NCBI GenBank assembly: GCA_026770705.1
Contig: JANJGN010000026.1
Location: 35,526,001 to 35,590,000, forward strand
DNA from: Isurus oxyrinchus
Taxonomy: Eukaryota
Reading direction: 5' to 3'
DNA length: 64,000 bases
The translations under genes and the position numbers were made by a program. Positions 1 through 12,803 of this stretch are shown piece after piece; positions within the stretch are counted from its first letter, which is position 1; every line of letters begins with the position of its first letter. Below the pieces are notes generated by a model that was not told where the DNA came from, ran no database searches, and saw nothing but the letters and a program-made list of their open reading frames with translations.

Positions 1-1338
1 ATGTTACCTTTATTTTGCATCTCACGAATCTCCAGTAAGATGAAAATGTTCTTTGAACCTCTTTTGAAATGCACTAGCTGCACATGAATTTTAACACAAC
101 ACCAAATGTATATTTCAAATCTACTTTGTTTACTTGTAAATTAAAACCCACCACAAGACCTCCATTAAAATGCAAAGAGATAACACATTTACTCTTTCAC
201 CCCTTAGACTCCACAAAGAATTTGACTCCAGGAACCTCTGCATTGATTAACCCTGAACATACACAGGCACAGCTTTCCTTACCTACACAGGGTATATTCA
301 TAAACACACAAAAATAAAAAGATGCACATATAATCACACCTCTCATTGGTTTAATGTGGCAGGAGGGAGAATAGCTCTAGACTGGTTTCATAGCCTCCAG
401 GGTAAGATGTAGAGCGGGTTCTCGTTGACATGAACTCGTTAGCAGCAGAAGATGAATATCTCTACAACTCTCACTCAGATTACAAAAGCACATGGAGCAA
501 AGAAATAAACAAATCACAAGATTTTTAGATTTAGCTTTTCCCCTTTATCATCGATCCCCTCTAACTGTACAGTTCATTGCTTCAGAAAACTGATCTCACC
601 TCGGCTCTTTATTCCTCCTTCCATTTTCCATACCTTCCACTCACCTGTCCCACTCATTGCTTAGTATCTGAAGCCTATCCTTCAATATGTGGGTTTACTT
701 TGTGATCCTATTGTCCAATGGACGCTCACATACCATTAAAGTATTCTGATTTGAATTATTAAATTGCTATTTATTACAAAATGAGTCAGATTTTGGAGAT
801 ACAGCAGTTAACCCGCTGCCCTGGCCTGATGAAAGGAACGTTGTGGCATTACGCCTCCTGGTGGGCATTCTATGAAGTGTTCAGATGCCCCTGAGAGGCT
901 GTGAGAGATCCAATGTTCATTCAATAACCCGATATGAGATTTCTGGTTCAAAGGAAGCTCGGTTGGAGCAGTTTTGAATTCACATGCCGAGCAGAAACAA
1001 TGGTTTATCTTGTTAAACTATATGCTGGAAAAAGGAAAGTTCAACAATTATGGGTAAAAGTGGAGACAGGCAATGATAAGGCACAGGGCCAAAAAGGAAA
1101 TCATCAGACAAAGGGTGAGTTCAGGCTGCATTGGTGCATTTGTGGAGTTTGTATTTTATTACATATATAACTTAAAATTACAAACGAATATATTTTTGCC
1201 AGTGGACCTCATCTGTTCTTTTTGAGTGCCTTGCTTCATTACACTTTTTAAAACCTCTCTGTGACTCTCCCTGAATTATTGCTTCCGTTTATTGCTGCGA
1301 GAATTGCCTCTCTTGAGCAGTAACTGGAATATTCAACG

Positions 1339-1870
1339 TCTTTTTGTTTGGGATCCGCTGTATCCCTGGAACTGCGTCGTGCTCATGGTACAGAAAAACA
1401 AGACGGGGTCGGAGATCAGGACATTGATGATCGTTGACTCGTTGGTATTAGCAGTTTTACTGAACATGCAGGAGAATCGATCAGCAATTTAAAGGTTCTT
1501 GTTGACTGTCTCGCCGATGATCTGGAACACCCACTGCGACCTGAATCGGTAGTGCTGACTGTAACAGAAAACTGAAGGGTTAGAATCACTTGTTTCCGAG
1601 ATGCAGCTCACTGTGACATTAATCTCCTTTTCAAGCATCATTTCTGGAACTAACTTTTCCACTGAGTTTTGTTCCCTCTTTTCTAACATAAAATAAAGCA
1701 ACGCTCATTACCGTCATTATTACCATTGTCACAGTTTTATTTTTTAGCAGAATTAATAGCTAAACTACGGCAGTCAGGGGGATAATTGATTTTATTAGGA
1801 AGGAAGTACGTACTCAGCAGTGATTTAATGATAAGGAAATGGCCATGCGAGCTGCTGTTTGAGTTTATAA
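1339..1870 (-). pseudogene. TCR alpha/delta V pseudogene (paralog of the 30162 V)
   Basis: V exon from 1682: ...VTVSCISETSDSNPSVFCYSQ...NKNL*IADRFS...VLISDPVLFFCTMS; in-frame TAA and Trp41 lost; degenerate heptamer GACGCAG (1372-1378), 24-bp spacer, nonamer ACAAAAAGA; decayed leader near 1813-1870. Confidence 0.85.
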
Positions 1871-2989
1871 CCCCGCATTCATTTAATTCTCTGTCGGATC
1901 AGAAATGTAGATATCCATCCCAGTGCACTGCTGATCCAAACAAATGCCAAGCAGGGAGTAACGGCAGCATTCTGCCCAAAAAAAACAGAGCAAGCAAGGC
2001 AGTCAATGTAAAGCAGAAGGCGAAAGCTGCGGGCGAGGCTGAGGCAGTGCTTGTTATTGCAGTGTTATTGCAGAATCCATTTGTCGTGCTCTGAATTCAA
2101 TAGTAACGTACCCATCAGAAATTCTGTAACTTTGCATCCCTATAAGGTCTGCCGTCGCTTCATATTCATTGCAAATTCGAAGTCAAAAGGCTCGCGGATG
2201 GAAACGCAGAATGATTATGTTGTTCAATATTTACTAAAATCTTCATCATTGACACTGGTGTAAAAAAAACACTGGGACTGAAACTGGCGATGACAAATAG
2301 AGCAAAACGGCAATAGATTCCTATTTTCTGGTTGATGCACACACTTAAACTTAACTATCTTATGAAATTGTGGAAGTGTAACGGAAAATATCACATTAAA
2401 AACTATAAATCTGGCATAAAACGATTTTAGGTTAATTTGTATTCAGAAAATCGATATTAGCCGATGCAACGTAGACGGGTGAAAATCACGATCTGTGTAC
2501 ACTACCTGCTGGGTGGGGTTAAAGCATCCGCATTTACTGATCTCACAGGGCACGGATACTGGACGAAAATTCCCCAGTGCCTTCTCCCCGTGGGTCATAG
2601 GACACAAAGGTAAACTGCGCGATTAGTGAACTGCACCTCAGTCAGTGTAAAATCATTTAATTTTCAGAACGATTCAATAATTGACAGAGATCGGCCATTA
2701 GAACAACCCTTTCCATAGGAGTGTTTTCTAATTATGAAAGTTGACGCCTTGCTGTGGGTCTGACCATAACGTTCAATGTATAACAGCTTGATCCAGCGGT
2801 TCAACAGTTATAATTAATTTTCGTTGAGGTCCTTTCCAGATATTGGGTTGCTGATGGCCACTGCTTGGTGGAGTCTCCAGAACTCAATCCTACAGAAAGG
2901 ATTTCTGGTTACTCGTGCAAAGAGCATGAAGAACAGATCATTGGCATGTTTCCGTAATAATATGTTGGTTTATTTAACAGTATATACAC

Positions 2990-3270
2990 AGGGAGACAAA
3001 GAGGAAGAGAGAGAAAAGCTTGAATAACGGCTGGACATTCATAGGTAGACAGGTTGATAAACAAATGTAGAGATACAGATGGTGAAACAGTGAGAAAGAC
3101 AAAAACAGGGAAAGAGAGAGGGAGAGAGAAACAGCGAGAGAGACAGATAGATAGAGAATGATGGAAGGAGATCGAGGGAGAGTAGGAGAGAGAGAGCTAG
3201 AGAATAGAAAGGGAGGGGCGTAGTTGTGTGTGACGGAGAGAGAGAGAGAGAAAGGCAGAGAGGCAAAAAG
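2990..3270. repeat. GA-rich low-complexity/microsatellite tract
   Basis: (GA)n and purine-rich sequence. Confidence 0.85.
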
Positions 3271-3509
3271 GCAGCCAACTAGACAGACCCAGATATTATT
3301 CATTAGAAGATTGTTGTAGTAAGCGTGAAATGGACAGGCAGACACCTATATAGTAAGATTTAAACCAAACAGATAGTACCGCACGAAGGACAAACATAGC
3401 AGCAACTCGAAACTCCATTTTGGCCGCTTTTAACCCGTTTATGCCTGAGTGTGAATATTGTGTCCACATCTATTTATCTATCTGTATTTGTGGTGGGGAG
3501 CATTTGAGT

Positions 3510-4365
3510 GGGAATTAGGGGGGTCCTTCTCAGGATGGCGGCTGGTGACTAATGAAGTTCCGCAGGGGTCAGTGTTGGGACAACAGCTTTTCGCTGTATA
3601 CATTAATGATACAGATGAAGGAACTGAGGGCATCCTGGCTAAGTTTGTAGATGACGCAAAGATAGGTGGAGGGACAGGTAGCATTGAGGAGGCATGAGGA
3701 CTGCAGAAGAATTTGGACAGGTTAGGAGAATGGGCAAAGAATTGGCAGATGGAATAAAATGTGAGGAAATGTGAGGTCATGAACTTTGGTAGGAAGAATG
3801 GAGACATGGACTATTTTCTAAATGGGGAGAGAATTCAGAAATCTGGAGTGCAAACGGACTTGGGAATCCTAGTCCAGGATTCTCTTAAGGTTAACTTGCA
3901 GGTTGACGTGGTAGTTAGGAAGGCAAATGCAATGTTGGCATTTATTCCGAGAGGACCAGAATATAAAAGCAGGAATGTGCTGCTGAGGCTTTAAAAGGCC
4001 CTGGTCAGACCACATTTAGAATATTGTGAGCAATTTTGGGCCCCGTATCTCAGGAAGGATGTGCTGGCACTGGAGAGGGTCCAGGGTAGGTTCACGAGAA
4101 CGATCCCAGGAATGAAAGGCTTAACATATGAGGAACGTTTGAGGACTCTGGGTCTATACTTGATGGAGTTTAGAAGGGTGAGAGGGGATCTGATTGAAAC
4201 TTACAGAATACTGAAAGGCCTGGATAGAGTGGATGTGGGGAAGATATTTCCATTAGTAGGAGAGACTAGGACCTGAGGGCACAACCTCAAAGTAAAGGGA
4301 AGACCTTTCAGAACAGATATGAAGCGAAACTTCTTTAGCCAGAAAGTGCTGAATCTATGTCATTC
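3510..4365 (+). mobile_element. CR1-clade LINE, decayed 3' part of reverse transcriptase
   Basis: VPQGSVLG..LF..YIND..KFVDDAK motif, LERVQ.RFTR..PG, RGDLIETYRI; broken by stops. Confidence 0.92.
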
Positions 4366-4750
4366 ATTGCACAGTGGTCGCCCAGTCTGAATTTGGTCTC
4401 TCTAATGTAGAGGAGACCGCATGGGGAGCAACGAATGCAGCAGAGCAAATTGAAGGAGGTGCAAATGAAGCGCTGCTTCGCCTGAAAGGAGTCTTTGGGC
4501 CAGTGGGCGGTGAGGAAGGACGAGGTAATGGGGCAGGTGTTGCACCTTCTGCGATTGCCAACTCCAGCACGATGCCACCACCAAACACACCAACCCTTCA
4601 CCAACCCTGTCGGCATTCTGTGGGGGCTGTTCCCTCAACGACAGCCTGGTCCACTCCTCCATCACCCCTAACACTTCATCAATCTCCCAAGGCACCTTCC
4701 TGTGCAATCGCAGAAGGTGCATCACCTGCCCCTTTATCTCCTCCCTCCTC
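4366..4750. mobile_element. Penelope-like (GIY-YIG) fragment with internal inversion
   Basis: Minus strand CIRCSPCGLLYIRETK.RLGDH to about 4555, then plus-strand Penelope sequence; matches the copy at 48357-49103. Confidence 0.85.
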
Positions 4751-5277
4751 ACAAAAATTATGCTGTTTAACTTTAATGAAAGGCCACTGACGGTGAAGGA
4801 AGGAGATTCAATATAATGTTACGTCTGAGGTGATGTAGGCCATGTGTTCAAATTGTTGGGAAGGTTTCGGTTTATTTTCCGGAGATGCGTGTGCTGTCAT
4901 GATTGGATTTATTGCCTAACTTTATTTGCCTTTTTGTAACTGAGCACCTTGCTGGGCCATATGACCAGAATGTTAACAAAAACGACTTTCGTGTAGTACT
5001 GACGCTCCTCTCTTGGGCCAACTGGGTACTGATAACAACTGCGGACCCACCAGCAACGACAACATCTGAGAATAAATTTACATGTCACGTCCTTTCGTCC
5101 AATCAGATTGGATCTCTCCCTCATATGCTAATTTATCTCAGGAGCGGCTATCGGATGCTCCTGGTTTGTTTAACCCGGCACATACGAGCTACTCAACATA
5201 AGTACTCGATCAGCTTCCCGCAAAGGACAATCAGATCAACCTGCAGAGACGCACTGCGGCTGGGATTCACAGAGATC

Positions 5278-5776
5278 ATGCATTTAAAATTCACCCTTTT
5301 AACTACCCTCACCTACTTAGCATTTGATAAGTCTACATGGGAAGTTATAGTACAAACCATTAAAAACTCACTGATTCTTAGAAAATTCACAATTCAGTTG
5401 TAATCTATACTTTCAATTAGATCTGAGTCACGAAGATTCTGTGTCCCAGGATTGGTCAGCAGTCGTCCTGAAAATCGGACAGACGTTCAGAACGCAGTGC
5501 AGCTATTCGACAACAGCAACCTGGTATGACCTGTACTGGTACCGAAAGTATCCCGATGATCGCCCGGAGATGATAGTGTGGAGAAGTACCATTGGCAGTG
5601 GAGGGAGAGCGGAAAACATTGGGAATCGCTTCAGTTCTGTAATAAACAAATCGTCAAAAATGTCTGTTTTAACAGTCACTGCTCTTCAGCTGAGCGACAC
5701 GGCACTCTACCTTTGTGGATTCGCCCGATCAGATCGACACAGTGACACAACCCAATCCTTCTCTCGTACAAAAACT
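5278..5776 (+). pseudogene. TCR V segment (delta-like) with open V exon and perfect 23-RSS but non-canonical leader donor (ORF/pseudogene)
   Basis: Leader 5278-5326 MHLKFTLLTTLTYLAF ends G|ATAAGT; acceptor AG 5419-5420; exon LSHEDSVSQ...QCSYS...LYWYRK...DTALYLCGFARSDR; CACAGTG 5738-5744, 23-bp spacer, ACAAAAACT 5768-5776. Confidence 0.9.
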
Positions 5777-5859
5777 GACTGCATCTGTTCTCACAGGATG
5801 TTTCATTGTGGTCAGGACGAGGTTGCAACAAGACTGCAATTCCCATGAACTGATCAAAC

Positions 5860-6370
5860 CGCCATAGCACTGGCGCCTATCCTGCTCTTTGAAAGATCTA
5901 TCCAATTAATTTCAACTGACCTACCTTGCCCCATTGCATTGGAATATATATCTTCCTTCAAGAAATTATCCAATTGATTTTTTGATAGTTACTATTGAAT
6001 CTGCTTCTACCACCATTTCCAGCAATGCATTCTATACAACAACTCGTATGTAAAAATATCGACTCATCTCTATCTCGTTTTTTTTTGTCGATCACGTCGT
6101 ATCAGTCTCCTATTATTGAGGACTTTACTTCCAATAGAAGCAATTTTTCCCTAACCTACTCTATCAAAATTTGGAGCAGTTATATTCAATCTGCTCTCAA
6201 CTGCCTTTGCTCAAACCAGAATAATCTTAGCCTTTCGAGTCACTCCATATGGCTGAAGTCCAGCATCTTTGGTTCCATTCTAATAAATCTGCTCTGCATC
6301 CATTCGAGTCCTAATATCCTTTCTGAATTGTTACACATAGGTTTAAGTAGAGTAATGTATCGGATATATC
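5860..6370 (-). mobile_element. Highly decayed CR1-type 3' fragment
   Basis: Resembles the reverse complement of CR1 3' ends elsewhere in the window. Confidence 0.55.
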
Positions 6371-6579
6371 AACATGGATTATATAATCATTTTTGGGATG
6401 TGCACTGTCAGCATTTATTGTCCAATCGTAATTATTTCTGCAAATAATATGCTTTATCCGTAAAATAACTAAGTACTTTCCAAAACATTTCAAACTGAAA
6501 TTGCAATAATCCTTAACTTTTGTCCATGCAGCGTGTTGCACTCTGAGGTGCATCATTATAACTGCATTTACTATATACA

Positions 6580-8150
6580 GTCAATGACAAGTGTACAGCC
6601 CGAGGGGTTTTACACAGTTAACCGGCCTTCGGCACACTATACCTGAAAAGTTCTAGGCAGTGGCCTTTCCCCATTGCACCTTTGCAGCGACTGCCCCGAG
6701 CTTTAGTGGATCTCCCAGCACGTAGTCTTGGACTTTGGTATTTGCCAGTGTGCAATGCTCGGCCGTGATCAATTCTTTGCACTAGGGGACCAGCAAGTTT
6801 CAGGCAGAAAAAAGAACCATTTTAACCGAGTTGAACATCCTTCAGCAGTAGTTGATATCTGTCGCTGTGCGTCCCTTGAAACTTCCCACAGAGCTTAGAG
6901 TCCTGCGTGACAGATCTGTTGGGGTGACTAACTCCACCGCATCCCCTTCTTTGCAAAGCCACATTCTAGAAGGAGTTGTTCCACTGTCTGTACACCACCG
7001 CAGCTGCTTTTGAGGCAGCGTGCGGTGGCACAGAGATTTAGGGCGTGCATGAAGGATCTGATGGGGAGGGCCTTTCTCACCACCACACAGCCACGGCCTT
7101 GGTGTTTGATTGAAAGTTCTGGTGCTGAGGTATTTTCCCCAATGACTTTGACAATCTGCTCAAGGATCCATCCGACAAGGCCCAACATCTCCATCTACCT
7201 CAGGGCCGATAGGATGGAACGTGCTGACCGCTGTCTCATGGATTTGTGGTCAGTGAATGTTTTTTTCGTACAAACCTTTCCCACCAGGGATGGATGAATG
7301 GACATAGAGCAACTACTTGGAGCGTTCTGAGGTACAGTGGCCAGACTCATTCTTTGCAACACTGGGGACAGGTAGTGACTGCATTTAGTGACACTTGTTG
7401 TTCGCTTATTAAGGGTCTACACACGGCTTGATTCAGGCACACGTAAAGGCGACCATCAGGATGAGGGTGATGTGAGGCACGTTTCCTTGCCTCCGCCCCA
7501 CCCCAGCCCCACCCCTATTCCAGAGCTTCACACATGGTGTCCCTGTGGGCACGCTCCATCTTTGACCTCCAGATGAAGCAGAATATGACTTCGTGGACTG
7601 CTGCCATGCAGCATCTAGTTGCAGGGATTACATTATGTACAGCAACACCGAGGGCACTTCACACCTGATGAGCAGGTTGATACTCGCAATGGAGAGGCAG
7701 AGTCGCTCCCCCATGCCCAGTTCCCGCCTCACCTTAGCTATACGTCCTTCCCAGGCTCAGGCGCACGGTCCGGACTCTCACAACCATATCCCCAGGTAGT
7801 CTGACCTGACGATGAAGAGGGCAAAGGGTCTGTCGGCCCAAAAATCATGTACTAGCTCTTGCCACGATTCACCTTAGCTCTGAGGCCAGTTTAAACTGGG
7901 CGCAGGTGTTCATGACTGACAGCGGGTCCGAGTATAAGACAGTGACATTGTCTATATACAGGGAGACGTTGACTTGTCCGCCTCCACTGTCTGAGATCAA
8001 ACCCCTTAAACCTCCAACACCCCCCCGTCCGCCCCCACGCCCTCCCCCCCGTCCCGGCCATCCTTCCTGATTGGCTCAGTTTTATGCAAAATATGAAGAA
8101 GGCAGAGGAGAGCGGGCAGCCCTCTCTGATTTGATTCTTGATTTGATCAG
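6580..8150 (-). mobile_element. Decayed L1/Tx1-clade LINE ORF2 3' part
   Basis: IREGCPLS (RQGCPLS-like), LYIDNV-like (YxDD), KVNRGKS, LGIW and TVEQLLLECGFA (C-terminal zinc-binding region) in the expected order across frameshifts. Confidence 0.75.
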
Positions 8151-8419
8151 AAACCTTTTCAGTTCTCACCTAATGACTCAAACCGTGCGACTGATCTTTG
8201 TGTAGAATAGCTGTATTTGATTGCAGATTCCACACCCAAACTACATTTTGGAGAACATAAGCGTCATCATTCCTGATAAACCAGCCAATCGTGTGCCTGG
8301 GAAATCCCTTCAGTTTCTCAGTAAGTGAAGCCTGATCCTGATCTGAGTTACACTTTAATATCAGAAGGAACAACATATTTGGAACATTCTCTGATTTTCT
8401 GTCGAACTCCAAACCAGAC

Positions 8420-8617
8420 ACCTTGTTCTCCCTATGTTCCCTTACTACTGATAATAACGGTCTTCCTACTCTTTCAGTATATGCTTAAATAATGGGTCTC
8501 GCTTCCATAAATAATGTTGCTCAGACTTTCGAAACTTTCTGCATTTGTCTTACATGAATGAGTGCCGTGTCCGTCTGAATTGACATTCTGGAAGGACAGT
8601 GCATAGCATTGAACTGG
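8420..8617 (+). pseudogene. 5' remnant (leader + FR1) of a V paralogous to 27861
   Basis: Similar to 27720-28070 (..ILEGQCIALN), truncated at the Cys23 position. Confidence 0.7.
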
Positions 8618-9014
8618 AGAGTTTCATTCCCTCCATCGGCTTGGTCTCTAAACATGCAAACACTCTCTTATCAGGACGATAGCCCAGCTTGTGGTCAGCA
8701 GCCAGCTCACCACCATCACTGTATACACAAGGAAGCGACCTGAGAGAGTCCTGAGACACGGCAGCAGAGTATTGAGGATTAGAACTGCTGTTCTCAAATA
8801 TGCTTCTTTGCAGATTCAGTCGGATTGGAATCTGCAGTTTGTTTTGTCGGCCGCTAGGAAACTGTTGGGTGACAGTTTGATCCGAGGTGAATGTGGTTTC
8901 CTCTCGGTTTGTGTTTGAATGGCCGATAGCATCGCTGAACATTGTGGCTGCATCTGCCCGAGATTCTACACATAAACCCAAATGGACAGGAGTTCCGAAT
9001 CACAGTTCAAAGAC

Positions 9015-9512
9015 AGTTTGCGCACAGGGGTGAGACTGTTTTCCATCACTGTGAGTGTGAGTGTGCAGCAATACACGGCAGCGTCAGTCAGCTGCAGACC
9101 CGAGATGGTTCAACTGGTGAATTTGGTGGAGGACTGGAACTCGACTGGGAAACGGATTTGGGCAAAATTTGTTTTTTCTTCATAACCGCTCGTGGATTTC
9201 AGCAATAAAAACCCGAGCTGGGCGTCTAGATGTAGCCTATATCAGTATAGCCAAGAGCTGTTTTTTGTCGTATGATAGCTACAGCTTAAAGTCACTACTT
9301 CGCCTTTTTCCTGAGTATCTGAGGGCAGCGGCTCTTACAAAATCTCCATGAATTAGTTCTGAACATGTTGAAACAGAAAATAAATCAGACCAGCGGGTGT
9401 TTAACATTTAAAGGATGTGCGGAAAATGTGAAAGATGAAGATGAAATGTGTGTGGTCCTCGATTACCTGTCAGTAATGCTCCCCACAGAACCCAGAGGCT
9501 GAGTTGCCGCAT
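9015..9512 (-). pseudogene. TCR V pseudogene
   Basis: Leader 9512-9467 MRQLSLWVLWGALLT|GTAATC; exon from 9358 VTLSCSYHT..WLY*YRL...GLQLTDAAVYCCTL; Trp41->TGA and frameshifts; CACAGTG 9047-9053, 23-bp spacer, GCGCAAACT. Confidence 0.92.
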
Positions 9513-10044
9513 TGTCACTGTCTGCTCTGTAAAAGGGGAGTTGAATATTTGAAGACACCTGTTCTAAACCCCTTCATCATTAATATGCTGTCGTGTCTCA
9601 GGGTGTTCTCACCTCACTTCCTTATGTCCTCAGTGGTGCTGTGAGAGCGGTAGTTGGTGAGCTGGTCCTCAGTGAATGTAGACACACCGAACTGGACAAT
9701 GGTCAGTGCCTTTATAGGGGGAATGGCTCAGCTTTGGAAGCCGAGGGTGGTGTTCTGGTTGTCAGTGTATTTAAATTCCCAAAGCTGGACGATATTTAGT
9801 GTGCTCATAGGGGGAATGTTTCAGATTTAGCTACCGATGTAACAGTGGCTGATTATTGTAACTGGAAAACTCAAGGCTGACCTGACCAGAAGGAGAGTCG
9901 GAACAGTGACTCCGCTGAGATTTCCCTCAAGTGTCAGTTAACTATTGAGCTAAGAACGATTCTGTGTTTTGTCTCAGTGATTTATAACGGTGATATCTGT
10001 TGTTACTGAACAAGTACTTGAGCAAACCTAGAGGAATTAACATA

Positions 10045-10378
10045 GAGCAATTCACCTAGCCTCCTTTGCCCGCACCTTCCAAACCCACGACCATTGCCAT
10101 CTAGAAGGACAAGGCAGCGGATAGATGGGAGTACCACCATCTGGAAGTTCCCCTCCGAGTCACTCACCATCCTAACATGGAAATATATCACCGTTCCTTC
10201 ACTGCCGCTGGATGAAAATCCTGGAACTTCTTTCCTTACAGCACTCTGGATGTACCTACACCACCTGGACTACAGCAGTTCAAGGAGCAGCTCACCATCA
10301 CTTTCTCAATAGCAAGTATGGATGGGCAATAAATGCTGGCCGAGCCAGCGAAGTCCACACCCCGTGAATGAGTAAAAG
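10045..10378 (+). mobile_element. 3' end of L2/CR1-group LINE family
   Basis: Matches 33960-34290 and 55190-55530. Confidence 0.8.
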
Positions 10379-10821
10379 AAAAGCTCTCCCTATAATTTAA
10401 ACAACATTTCGAGCACTGACCCCTGCTGCAGTTTATACTTAAAACTTTGTTAGAAACTCAGTGGTGGATTCTGCCTCTCTGTACAAGTAAGGATATATTT
10501 AAAAACCCATAACCTCCAGAACCTTCGGATTTGTAAATGAGATTGCATCGCATCGACTCTCTGCATCCAGTTACTGAAGACAGAACACTCCGAGCGGGTC
10601 CAAAGCTCCCAGGGTGAGATGCAGGCTGAATACTCATTAACAAGAACTAACACCCATAGTGCATGAAAAACTGTCCTTACAACTCTCGTTCAGGTTAGAA
10701 GAAGATGTGGTGCAGGGAGAAGCAAAATAAAAGGGGTTTGAATTGTCTTTCGCTCCTTTATCATTGATCCCCACCCTCGATACAATGAATGGCTTCAGAA
10801 AACACAACTCATCACATATTT

Positions 10822-10976
10822 TCGTCATATTTTAGTATCCTTTCCCCATCTTCAGAATTCACTTCTCAGCGTCTATCTTTCCTTCATATTTTAATATTCC
10901 TTTCCCCATCTTCAGAAATATCACCTCAGGGTGTATTCATCATTTATATTTTAATATCCCTTTCCCCATCTTCCAG
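10822..10976. repeat. ~60-bp tandem repeat, 3 copies
   Basis: ATATTTTA..ATYCCTTTCCCCATCTTC recurs at 60-bp intervals. Confidence 0.8.
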
Positions 10977-11799
10977 ACCTTTCATTCACTTGCCTTGCCC
11001 AGTGATTAGTATCAGATTTTAATCCTTCGACATCGCTTTCTGAGGATCATTAAGGAAAAGCTGCTGTGGGGATAGAAACAGAGGTAGATTGCTGACTGTG
11101 ATTGATATACTTTCAAAATACATTGAGAATTAAAGTTGGGGTATTCGGCCCTCACCATGGACCTCTGTTAATGCAGGGCAAACATGCAAAACTTTCAATA
11201 GCTTCATTTTCCAACCCAGTCTCCCAGAATAGCCACATGAAGATAAAATGAATGTCCCAATTGGATACATCATATTTCATGACAGTGATTAGAATCATAA
11301 AATTATGGCGTGGTTACAGCACAGAGGAAGGCCATTCATCGCATCTTATCCGTGCCGGCCCTCTGTGAGAGTAGCTAAGCCAGAATCAGCACCTTTCCCC
11401 CATGACCTGCAAATCATTTACGAAATTCCAGCAAGATCAGTTCTCTGGAAAATATTTTCTTATCGTTGATCGATTCACTTTTTGATCTTTTAATTTTCCA
11501 GAGAATGGCTAACACGGCAGCCTCCTACCTGTTTGTTCTCCGGCATCTAACCAGGTGGCTGACGTGTTCCTCAACAACACGTCCGATATTCGGGCTGGTT
11601 GCAGTTTGCAAACGTCAAAAGCAATTGGTGACAATTCACTTTGGTGGCCCAGTCAAGTCTTCACAATCTGCCCGAAACCAACCTTCACCCACTGCGGCTC
11701 TGTGTTCAAATTTGTCCAGACAAAGTGGATCCAGACCTATTTTTCCAGTGGAAGGTCATTGGACTGAGCAGTGAGTCAGAAAGTTTACCTTTTCAGGCA

Positions 11800-12803
11800 C
11801 TTGGGACTACCGAACTGGAGAGGATGCAAAGGAGATTTACCAGGATTTTGCCTGGGATGAAATATTTAAGTTATGAAGAGAGGTTGGATATATTGTACCA
11901 TTGTCGCTGACATCTTTTGATGATCTGCTTCTATCACTGCTTGTTTGTCCACACAACCACCTCTCTCTCTCTCTATCTCTCCGCCCCCCACACACCTTAA
12001 ACCAGCTTATATTTCAACCCTTTCTTGGACTCGAAATCAAGTTCTGTCGAAGGGTCATGAGGACTCGCAACGTCAACTCTTTTCTTCTCCGCTGATGCTG
12101 CCAGACCTGCTGAGTTTTTCCAGGTAATTCTGTTTTTGTTTTGGATAGACTTGGGTTGTTTTCGTTGGAGCAGAGAAGACTGAGGGGCGACTGGATCGAG
12201 ATGTACAAGATTATGAGGGGCATGGACAGGGTGGATAGGGAGGAGCTGTTCCCCTTAGTTGAAGGGTCAGTCACAAGGGGGCATAAGTTCAAGGTGAGGG
12301 GCTGGAGGTTTAGGGGGGATGTGAGGATATTTTTTTTTACCCAGAGCGTGGTGACGTTTGGAATGCACTCCTTGGGAGGGTGGTGAAGGCGGGTTGTCTC
12401 ACAAACTTTAACAAGGGTAGTAGTTGTGAGGAATTCGCTGCCCAAGTTGGTAGTAGACGCAGAAACTTTAAACTCTTTTAAAAAGTACCTGCAACTGCAT
12501 CTAAAGTGCTGTAAGCTGCAGGGCTATGGGCGGGGTACAAAAAGGTGTAATTAGAAAGGGCAACTGGGTGTCCTCGGGCTGGCATGGACAAGATGGGCCG
12601 AATGGCCTCCTTCTCTGCTGTAACTTTTTTCTGGTTTTATGGTTCTAAATACCTGGCTGAGCGCTTGGCACGTCATAACATACAAGGCTATGGGCGAAGT
12701 GCTGGTAAATGGGATTAACTGGGTAGGTCAGGTTTTTCTCAGGTCTTGGTGCAGACTCGATGGGCCGAAGGGCCTCTTCTGCACTCTGTGATTCTGTGAT
12801 TTT
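11800..12803 (+). mobile_element. CR1 3' fragment carrying nested insertions
   Basis: LERMQRRFTRILPGM..SYEERLD continues as RLGLFSLEQRRLRGD after an insertion; a second CR1 3' tail sits at about 12415-12645. Confidence 0.85.
11891..12140 (+). mobile_element. Penelope pseudo-LTR fragment with 7-bp target-site duplication
   Basis: TTGGATA at 11884-11890 and 12141-12147; near-identical to the reverse complement of 47865-48115. Confidence 0.88.

Noticed and set aside
2974-3345. Hydrophobic 123-aa ORF (and similar ORFs at 59902-60765)
   Set aside because: Translation of GA/CT microsatellite sequence
4903-5403. 166-aa ORF
   Set aside because: Chance read-through of the V promoter, leader and intron
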